Shown piece by piece: positions 36,824 through 43,757 of a stretch of DNA of 43,757 nucleotides. Source of the DNA: Candidatus Limivicinus sp. Lineage in GTDB: Bacteria; Bacillota; Clostridia; Oscillospirales; Oscillospiraceae. A program made the translations under genes and the position numbers. Numbering within the stretch: the first letter of the stretch is position 1; each line of letters opens with the position of its first letter. The notes under the pieces are model-generated. The model had not been told where the DNA came from and ran no database searches. It worked only from the letters and a program-made list of their open reading frames with translations. The stretch spans positions 1 to 43,757 of the forward strand of contig DBGBEC010000311.1 in assembly GCA_048477415.1 (NCBI GenBank), given 5' to 3'.

Positions 36824-38185
36824 ATGAAAATAATTATCGCCGGCGCGGGCAAGATAGGCCATTCCGTAGCCGAGATACTTTCAGACGAGGGCCACGACAT
36901 AACCGTTATCGACAGGGATCCGGAGACCATACAGCTTCTCTCCAACAGCCTGGACGTTATCTGCGTGGAGGGCAGCGCCACCAGCTCCGAGACGCTTCGG
37001 GGGGCAGGGGCAGATCAGGCGGACCTGCTCATGGCCGCCACTGAGCATGACGAGGTGAACATGGTCTGCGGCATATCCGCAAGGCGTCTGGGCACAAGCC
37101 ACGTCATCGCCCGGATAAGGGACCCGGAGTATTTGAGCCAGACCGGCTTTTTAAGGGACGCTCTGGGCCTGTCCGTCATAGTAAACCCGGAGTTTGAGTG
37201 CGCAAAGGAGATATCGCGGATACTCCGCTTCCCCAGCGCCGTGCGGGTGGACGCCTTTTCAAAGGGCAGTGTGGAGATAATAGAGCACCGGGTAACTGAA
37301 AACTGCAAGCTGGACGGGGTCCAGCTCAAAATGCTGCCCAGGCAGTTCGGGGCCAGGGTGCTGGTGGGCGTTGTGGAGCGCGGGGGCGAGGCTCTTATCC
37401 CCAATGGCGACTTTACGCTGAGAGCCGGGGACAAACTGAGCGTGACCGGCACTGCCAGCGAGCTGCGCCGCTTTTTCATTGCCGCCGGAGCCTATAAAAA
37501 GCCTGTGCGCCGGGTGATGATAATGGGCGGCGGCAGGATAGCCGTGTACCTGACCAAGATGCTTATAGAGAGCGGTATGGACGTGACCGTGGTAGAGCGC
37601 AGCCGGGAGCGCTGCGAGATCCTGTGCGAGCATATTCCCGGGGCTCACATAGTCTGCGGCGACGCCACCAGGAGCGACGTGCTTTTAGAGGACGGCCTGG
37701 CCTCGGCAGACGCATTTGTGGCTCTCACCGGGGACGACGGGGACAATGTGATAACCTCCATGTACGCTAAAAGCTGTTCTGTGGGTAAGATAATCGCCAA
37801 GGTGAACAGGGAGCATTTTTCCGACATTCTGGAGAGCTCCGGCCTTGACAGCATAGTCACTCCAAAGCAGATAGTCGCCCAGCAGCTTGCACGCTATGTG
37901 AGGGCCATGTCCAACTCCGTTGGCAGCAGCATGGAGACCCTGTACCGCCTGGCGGACGGGAAGGTGGAAGCTCTGGAGTTTAAAGTCCGGGAGGACGCGG
38001 CCTGCGTGAATGTGCCGCTGAAGGACCTGCGGCTCAAGCCAAATATACTTATAAGCGCCATCGTCAGGGGCAGCAAGAGCATTATCCCGGGGGGCGACAC
38101 CCGCATTCTCCCCGGGGACCACGCCGTCATCGTCACCGCCGCGGGCCGGCTCACAGACATTGACGCCATCGTTGAGGAGAACTGA
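36824..38185 (+). CDS. trkA: Trk-system K+ uptake protein TrkA (double RCK/NAD-binding)
   Basis: Two Rossmann repeats are present (MKIIIAGAGKIGHSVA... and VMIMGGGRIAVYL...), each followed by a TrkA_C domain. It is 453 aa long and follows AAGGAG. Confidence 0.92.
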   Translation: MKIIIAGAGKIGHSVAEILSDEGHDITVIDRDPETIQLLSNSLDVICVEGSATSSETLRGAGADQADLLMAATEHDEVNMVCGISARRLGTSHVIARIRDPEYLSQTGFLRDALGLSVIVNPEFECAKEISRILRFPSAVRVDAFSKGSVEIIEHRVTENCKLDGVQLKMLPRQFGARVLVGVVERGGEALIPNGDFTLRAGDKLSVTGTASELRRFFIAAGAYKKPVRRVMIMGGGRIAVYLTKMLIESGMDVTVVERSRERCEILCEHIPGAHIVCGDATRSDVLLEDGLASADAFVALTGDDGDNVITSMYAKSCSVGKIIAKVNREHFSDILESSGLDSIVTPKQIVAQQLARYVRAMSNSVGSSMETLYRLADGKVEALEFKVREDAACVNVPLKDLRLKPNILISAIVRGSKSIIPGGDTRILPGDHAVIVTAAGRLTDIDAIVEEN

Positions 38186-39621
38186 TGAACTACAGGATGA
38201 TATTCCGGGTGCTGGGCATGATACTGCTCTGTCTCTCGGCCCTTATGTTGCTGCCCCTTGTCGCGGGGCTGTGCTATGGGGAGAATGTGCTCAACTTTGT
38301 GTATACCATCGGCATAAGCGGGGCGCTGGGCGGGCTGCTGTACTGCTCCAGACCGGTGAGCACCCGGCTTTTCGCCAGGGACGGCTTCGCCATAGTGGGG
38401 CTGGGCTGGATACTCATATCCCTGCTGGGCGCCCTGCCCTTCGTGTTCAGCGGCAGCATACCCAATTATATAGACGCCCTGTTTGAGACGGTGTCCGGCT
38501 TTACCACCACGGGCTCCACCATCCTTTCAGATGTGGAGGCCCTGCCCAGAGCCGACCTGTTCTGGCGCTGCTTCACCCACTGGATAGGCGGCATGGGGGT
38601 GCTGGTGTTTATAATGGCGGTGCTGCCCATGAGCGGGGAGCACTCCATGCACATAATGCGGGCGGAGGTGCCCGGGCCCACAGTGGGCAAGCTCGTGCCC
38701 CGGGCAAAAAAGACCGCCTCCATACTCTATCTCATATACGTGGCCATGACGGCGGTGGAGACCGTGCTCCTGCTTCTGGGCGGCATGGATCTTTATGATG
38801 CCCTGCTCCACTCCTTCGCCACCGCGGGCACCGGGGGCTTCTCCACCCGCACGGCCAGCATAGGCGCCTTTGACAGCCTGTATGTGGAGATGGTGACGGC
38901 CACCTTCATGCTGCTCTTCGGTATAAACTTCAACCTGTATTTCCTGCTGCTCATGGGCCGGGTGAAGGACGTGCTGAAAAATGAGGAGCTGCACTGGTAT
39001 CTGGGTATAATCAGCATCTCGGTGCTGGCTCTGGCCCTGGGCATAAGCAGGATGTACGGCAGCTTCGGCACCGCCCTGCGCCATGCCTACTTCAACGTTA
39101 CCAGCATAATAAGCACCACGGGCTTCGGCACCGAGGACTTTAACCTCTGGCCGGAGTTCTGCAAGTGGATACTGGTGCTGCTGATGTTCACGGGGGCCTG
39201 CGCCGGAAGCACCGGCGGCGGCCTGAAAATATCCCGTATCGCCATCCTTTTCAAAACGGCCCTGGCGGAGCTGCGCCAGATGATACGGCCGCGGAACGTC
39301 TCCCAGGTCCAGCTTGACGGACGGAAGGTGGACGCCGGAGCGGTGAAGGCCGTGTCCACTTTCTTTGTGCTGTACATCTTTCTGCTTTTGTTCTTCACCT
39401 TCATTGTCTCCTTTGACAATTACGACATAGGCACCAATTTTACCGCGACTCTATCCTGTATCTCGAACGTGGGCCCGGGCATGTCCCTGGTGGGGCCCAC
39501 CGGCAATTTCGACATTTTTTCCGGCTTCTCAAAGCTGGCCCTGTCCCTGGCGATGCTCTTTGGCCGGCTTGAGATATTCCCCATTCTGGTCCTCTTCTCG
39601 CGGCGGACCTGGAGGAACTGA
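38185..39621 (+). CDS. trkH: TrkH-family K+ transporter membrane subunit
   Basis: The polytopic protein has pore-loop motifs (SGFTTTGST, TAGTGGFST, TTGFGTEDF, SNVGPG). An ATGA overlap couples it to trkA. Confidence 0.9.
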   Translation: MNYRMIFRVLGMILLCLSALMLLPLVAGLCYGENVLNFVYTIGISGALGGLLYCSRPVSTRLFARDGFAIVGLGWILISLLGALPFVFSGSIPNYIDALFETVSGFTTTGSTILSDVEALPRADLFWRCFTHWIGGMGVLVFIMAVLPMSGEHSMHIMRAEVPGPTVGKLVPRAKKTASILYLIYVAMTAVETVLLLLGGMDLYDALLHSFATAGTGGFSTRTASIGAFDSLYVEMVTATFMLLFGINFNLYFLLLMGRVKDVLKNEELHWYLGIISISVLALALGISRMYGSFGTALRHAYFNVTSIISTTGFGTEDFNLWPEFCKWILVLLMFTGACAGSTGGGLKISRIAILFKTALAELRQMIRPRNVSQVQLDGRKVDAGAVKAVSTFFVLYIFLLLFFTFIVSFDNYDIGTNFTATLSCISNVGPGMSLVGPTGNFDIFSGFSKLALSLAMLFGRLEIFPILVLFSRRTWRN

Positions 39622-39651
39622 GGCCGGAGCCGTGCAAGGTGAAAGACTTAA

Positions 39652-40995
39652 ATGAAAAAACGCTTAAAGCTCAAACCCGCTCAGATCATCGCACTGAGCT
39701 TCCTGCTCATAATAAGCCTGGGCGCACTGCTGCTGATGCTGCCGGCCGCCCGGACCGACAGGTGCGCCGCCCCCCTGGAGACGGCCCTTTTCACCTCGGT
39801 CTCCGCGGTGTGCGTCACGGGGCTCGTGGTGCAGGACACGGCCCAATACTGGTCCGCCTTCGGCCAGGCGGTCATTCTGGTGCTTATCCAGATAGGCGGC
39901 ATGGGCGTTGTGACGGTGGGAGTTCTGCTGATGGTCCTCTCCGGGCGGAAGATAGGCCTGCGCCAGCGCTGGATAATGCAGGAGTCCATATCCGCCCCTC
40001 ATGTGGGGGGCATAGTGCGCATGACCGGCTTCATCCTGGTCCTGACGCTCAGCATCGAGCTTTTGGGGGCTGTGCTGCTGTCCCTTGTCTTCTGCCGGGA
40101 CCTCGGTCTGGGCCGGGGTCTGTGGTACGGTCTGTTCCACTCGGTCTCCGCCTTTTGCAACGCGGGCTTTGACCTTATGGGCAGCGGCGGCGCCCCCTTC
40201 GTCTCCCTTACGGGCTACAGGAGCAGCGCTCTGGTGAGCATAGTGGTGCCGCTGCTCATCCTCGCCGGGGGCCTGGGCTTTGCCACCTGGGGGGATATAC
40301 GGGCCCATCGTCTCAGTCTGCGGCGCTATTCCCTGCAAAGCAAGCTTATCCTCAGCGTCTCCCTTTTTCTTGTGGGCGGGGGCTTTCTCTTTTTGTTCCT
40401 CTATGAATTCTCCCTGCCCCAGTGGGCGGGGCTCAGCCTGAAGGAGCGGCTGTGCGCGGCCTTTTTCCACGGGGTGACGCCCAGAACAGCGGGCTTCAAC
40501 ACCGTGGACCTGGGCAGCATGAGCGCCGGGGGCCAGCTTGTGACGCTGCTGCTGATGCTGATAGGCGGGGCCCCCGGCTCCACTGCCGGCGGCTTTAAGA
40601 TGACCACCTTCGCGGTGCTGCTGCTGTGTATAAAGGCGGCCTTCAAAAACAAAGAGAACGCCGAGGCCTTCGGCCGGCGTATCCCCGGGGACACCCTGCG
40701 GAACGCGGCGGCTATCTTCATCCTGTATATCCTGCTGTTTTTGGGCGCGGGGATATTCATCTCCTGCTATGAGGGAGTGGAGCTTATGCCGGCCCTGTTT
40801 GAGACTGCCTCCGCCATCGCCACGGTGGGGCTGTCCCTGGGGCTCACGCCGGGGCTCGGCACCCTGTCCCATGTTATTCTCATGCTGCTTATGTTCTTCG
40901 GCCGGGTAGGCGGGCTCACCCTTATATACGCAGTGGCCGCCGGAGATCCCCCGGACGGGGGCAGGCTGCCCCAGGAGCCCGTGGCCATAGGCTGA
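39652..40995 (+). CDS. ktrB: KtrB/TrkH-family K+ transporter membrane subunit (second copy)
   Basis: It contains FTSVSAVCVTGLVVQDT...WSAFGQAVILVLIQIGGMG, SAFCNAGFD, TPRTAGFNT and ATVGLSLG, which is a KtrB-like pattern. Confidence 0.88.
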   Translation: MKKRLKLKPAQIIALSFLLIISLGALLLMLPAARTDRCAAPLETALFTSVSAVCVTGLVVQDTAQYWSAFGQAVILVLIQIGGMGVVTVGVLLMVLSGRKIGLRQRWIMQESISAPHVGGIVRMTGFILVLTLSIELLGAVLLSLVFCRDLGLGRGLWYGLFHSVSAFCNAGFDLMGSGGAPFVSLTGYRSSALVSIVVPLLILAGGLGFATWGDIRAHRLSLRRYSLQSKLILSVSLFLVGGGFLFLFLYEFSLPQWAGLSLKERLCAAFFHGVTPRTAGFNTVDLGSMSAGGQLVTLLLMLIGGAPGSTAGGFKMTTFAVLLLCIKAAFKNKENAEAFGRRIPGDTLRNAAAIFILYILLFLGAGIFISCYEGVELMPALFETASAIATVGLSLGLTPGLGTLSHVILMLLMFFGRVGGLTLIYAVAAGDPPDGGRLPQEPVAIG

Positions 40996-41015
40996 ACTGA
41001 CAAGGAGGAAAAACC

Positions 41016-41663
41016 ATGAAATCTGTACTTTTGGTGGGTCTGGGCCGCTTTGGCCGCTATGTGGCCCAGGAGCTCTTCGAGCTGGGCTGCGAGGTGATGG
41101 CCATTGACCGGGATGAGAGCCGGGTCAACGACGCACTTAAATATGTTACCAGCGCCCAGATAGGCGACATTACCAGCGAGCGCTTCATAAGCTCCCTCGG
41201 GGTGCGGAATTTTGATCTGTGCATAGTCACCATCGGCGACGACTTTCAGAGCTCTTTAGAGACCACCTCCCTTTTAAAGGACTACGGCGCGCCCTTTGTC
41301 CTGGCCCGGGCCTCGGACGACACCCATGCCAAGTTCCTTCTGAGAAACGGAGCGGACGAGGTGGTGTATCTTGAGCGGCAGATGGCAACGCTGACCGCCG
41401 TGAAATACAGCAACGACAATATCTTCGACTATATGGAGCTCAGCGAGGACTACGCCATATACGAGACCAGGCTCCCCGGCTCCTGGCTGGGAAAGACGGT
41501 CCTGGATCTGGAGGTCCGCAAGCGGCATAACGTGAACATACTGGCCACGAAGAAAAACGGCAGCCTCACCCCTCTCTCCGGCCCGGAGCATGTTTTTTCC
41601 GCCGACGAGACCCTCCTCGTTCTCAGCTCCAGGCGGGATATGGAAAAATTTCTTAAAATGTGA
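41016..41663 (+). CDS. ktrA: KtrA-type RCK-domain K+ uptake regulatory subunit
   Basis: It has a single Rossmann fold (VLLVGLGRFGRYVAQEL) plus a TrkA_C domain. It is 215 aa long and follows AAGGAGG. Confidence 0.88.
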   Translation: MKSVLLVGLGRFGRYVAQELFELGCEVMAIDRDESRVNDALKYVTSAQIGDITSERFISSLGVRNFDLCIVTIGDDFQSSLETTSLLKDYGAPFVLARASDDTHAKFLLRNGADEVVYLERQMATLTAVKYSNDNIFDYMELSEDYAIYETRLPGSWLGKTVLDLEVRKRHNVNILATKKNGSLTPLSGPEHVFSADETLLVLSSRRDMEKFLKM

Positions 41664-43732
41664 GAGAGCTGATCTGCGATATGGAGAAAACTGATTTGAA
41701 AACCAGCCCCGAAAACGGAGGCTCGCGCCGCTTTAAGGCCCCTGCTCCGGCCGCCCTCTCTTTTCTCATTCTGGCCCTGGGCCTGGCCTTCCTTGGGCTG
41801 TGCCTGCGTGTCACGGCGGGCCTGCCCATTTTTTATCCCGGGATAGGCGTCGGGCTTTTCGCCTGCCTGGGCTATGCCGCCCTGGGGGCCTGTCTCTGCG
41901 CCCTGGCCGGCGGCAAAGGCCTGTCAAAGTGGCTGTGCTTTGCCTTTTTGGAGCTTTTCACCCTGTGGTATCTGGCGGCCTTCTTCATGGACGATTCATA
42001 CCAGGTGTTCATGGAGCTGTCCATAGTTTTCAGCGTGGCCGGGGACGCGGCGGAGAATTTCGGCGGAAACGTGCTGAACGTGTTCACCAAGGGCCTGCCC
42101 CTCATCCTGCTGTACCATATACCGGCGGCCCTGTTCCTGATCTTCGCCAGAAAGCTCCCATTTGGGGGCCAGGGGCGGCTCAAAAGCGGCCTTGCGCTTT
42201 TCTGCGCCGCCTTTATATTCACATTTGGCGGCAGCCTTTTGGCAAGGTCCATGCCCGCTCTCAGGGAGCAGTATGAAAATGAATATACCTATGACAGCGC
42301 TGTGCGTAATTTCGGCCTGCTTTCGGCCCTGAACCAGAGCCTGAGCCGCGCCGCCGCCCCCGGAGAGGTACAGGCCCCGGACTTCGTCAGCCTGCCCCAG
42401 GAGACAGAGGCTCCCCCGGCAGCCGAGACGCCCCGGGTCTATGGCAAGAACCAGATGGACATCGACTTTGCCGCCACGAACCCCGGCGGAAACTCCATCT
42501 ACAGCGCCCTGAATGAATATGCCGAAAGTCTCAGCCCCTCAAGCCAGAACCAGTATACCGGGCTTTTTGAGGGGAAGAACCTTATACTTATAACCGCCGA
42601 GGCCTTTTCCAAAGAGCTTATCGACCCGGAGCGGACCCCCACCCTCTACCGCCTTGCCAGCAAGGGCATCGTGTTCGAGGACTTTTATCAGCCGGCCTGG
42701 GGCGGCAGCACCTCCACCGGGGAATATTCCTGGCTCACGGGCCTGGCCCCCACCCACTCCATGGCTATGATGAACTCTATAAACAGCAACATGTATTTCA
42801 CCATGGGCAACCAGCTTCAGCGTCTGGGCTATTTCAGCGTGGCCTATCACAACGGTACCACCACCTATTATAACCGGGACCTGACCCACCCTAATCTGGG
42901 CTATTCCCAGTTTATAGCCATCGGCAACGGCATGGAGCAGGGCATAAGCGGGGGCTTCCCCGCCAGTGACCTGGAGATGATGGACTTTACTCTGCCCCAA
43001 TATGTGGACAAGCAGCCCTTCAGCGTGTATTACATGACCATCAGCGGCCACGCCAGCTATGCCTTCCGGGACGATGTGAACGACATGGCCCTGAAGAACC
43101 AGGCCATAACGGAGGATATGGAGGGCTCCGACGCTGTCAAGGCCTATTACGCCTGCAACCAGGAGCTGGAATATGCCCTGGAGAGCCTGGTCTCCGGCCT
43201 TGAGGAGGCGGGCATAGCAGACGACACAGTTATCGCCCTGGTCTCCGACCACTATCCCTACGGTCTTATGCCCAGCGCCGCCTGGGGGCTCAACGAGAAC
43301 CACCTGGAGGAGCTATACGGCTTTGAGATAGAGACAAGCCGGGACCGTGACCACAACGCCGCTATTATCTGGTGCGGCAGCCTTGAGGAGTTGGAGGAGC
43401 CCATTGTGGTCTCCGAGCCGGTGTCCAGCCTGGACATCCTGCCCACGCTGTCCAACCTCTTCGGCCTGGAATATGACTCCCGCCTGCTCGCGGGAAGGGA
43501 CGTCTTCTCTGACCAGGAGCCTCTGGTCTTCTGGAATGACTATTCCTGGCTCACTGACAAGGGATATTACGACAGCCATACCCGGACCTTCACCCCCGCC
43601 CCGGGCGAGGACCCGGACGAGGTCTATGTGGAACAAATGAAAAACACCGTGAAAAACAAGCTGACCTTCTCCCAAAACGTCGCCGGCTTTAACTATTACG
43701 GCTTCCTCTTCGGCAAGGACGAGGTGAAATAA
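41660..43732 (+). CDS. LTA synthase-family (sulfatase / alkaline-phosphatase superfamily) polytopic membrane protein
   Basis: N-terminal TM segments are followed by an extracytoplasmic sulfatase domain (NLILITAEAFSKELIDPERTPTLYRLASKGIVFEDFYQP...STSTGEYSWLTGL...VSDHYPYGL). The GTG at 41660 overlaps the ktrA stop. The ATG at 41681 is an alternative start. Confidence 0.85.
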   Translation: MRELICDMEKTDLKTSPENGGSRRFKAPAPAALSFLILALGLAFLGLCLRVTAGLPIFYPGIGVGLFACLGYAALGACLCALAGGKGLSKWLCFAFLELFTLWYLAAFFMDDSYQVFMELSIVFSVAGDAAENFGGNVLNVFTKGLPLILLYHIPAALFLIFARKLPFGGQGRLKSGLALFCAAFIFTFGGSLLARSMPALREQYENEYTYDSAVRNFGLLSALNQSLSRAAAPGEVQAPDFVSLPQETEAPPAAETPRVYGKNQMDIDFAATNPGGNSIYSALNEYAESLSPSSQNQYTGLFEGKNLILITAEAFSKELIDPERTPTLYRLASKGIVFEDFYQPAWGGSTSTGEYSWLTGLAPTHSMAMMNSINSNMYFTMGNQLQRLGYFSVAYHNGTTTYYNRDLTHPNLGYSQFIAIGNGMEQGISGGFPASDLEMMDFTLPQYVDKQPFSVYYMTISGHASYAFRDDVNDMALKNQAITEDMEGSDAVKAYYACNQELEYALESLVSGLEEAGIADDTVIALVSDHYPYGLMPSAAWGLNENHLEELYGFEIETSRDRDHNAAIIWCGSLEELEEPIVVSEPVSSLDILPTLSNLFGLEYDSRLLAGRDVFSDQEPLVFWNDYSWLTDKGYYDSHTRTFTPAPGEDPDEVYVEQMKNTVKNKLTFSQNVAGFNYYGFLFGKDEVK

Positions 43733-43757
43733 AGATAATATAAATTGTATCACGAGG

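Noticed and set aside
36738-36827. A 29-codon upstream ORF (MIRCIPDFQAFQLF...) whose TGA overlaps the trkA ATG.
   Set aside because: It has no Shine-Dalgarno sequence upstream, no recognisable peptide features, and it spans the palindrome and RBS of trkA. It is most likely a chance ORF.

Overview
This window is a 43.8-kb chromosomal segment of a high-GC, spore-forming Firmicute. It looks Clostridia or Oscillospirales-like, judged from GGAGG ribosome-binding sites, a SpoIIQ-like gene, ECF S-components and YesMN-type regulators. I support about 41 protein genes, one TPP riboswitch, and several promoters and intrinsic terminators. I saw no rRNA, tRNA, CRISPR array, transposase, integrase or phage genes.

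Gene map:
- 67-3529: a vanW / VanG-like D-Ala-D-Ser ligase / hexapeptide acetyltransferase / soluble racemase cassette.
- 3652-4607: a short XRE gene convergent with an M23 (SpoIIQ-like) peptidase.
- 4799-7650: queH-queT, galU, and a TPP riboswitch followed by thiT.
- 7791-10720: rpmH-rnpA-yidD-yidC-jag(khpB).
- 10764-11479: an ACP and an NTF2/SnoaL-like protein.
- 11596-14191: an OmpR-type two-component pair.
- 14328-16441: an XRE gene translationally coupled to lepA.
- 16670-18118: htrA.
- 18236-34644: a large carbohydrate locus. It is a nine-gene minus-strand operon (SBP, two permeases, a xylose-isomerase-like TIM-barrel enzyme, three Gfo/Idh/MocA oxidoreductases and a GH13 alpha-glucosidase). 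It is divergent from a GH2 beta-galactosidase, a GntR/HutC regulator and YesM/YesN.
- 34804-36540: a GT2 glycosyltransferase and a DUF2461 protein.
- 36824-43732: tandem trkA-trkH and ktrB-ktrA, followed by an LtaS-like sulfatase-family membrane protein.

Most of the window is ordinary core genome. I found no unambiguous undescribed system such as a defence island. The two best leads are:
- The oxidoreductase/TIM-barrel sugar operon, a candidate oxidative 3-keto glycoside-cleavage pathway.
- The atypical van-like cassette, where an acetyltransferase sits in the slot normally held by VanXY and the racemase lacks a VanT membrane domain.

Many long ORFs in the supplied track are antisense shadow frames typical of high-GC DNA, or N-terminal over-extensions. 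I trimmed starts using RBS spacing.
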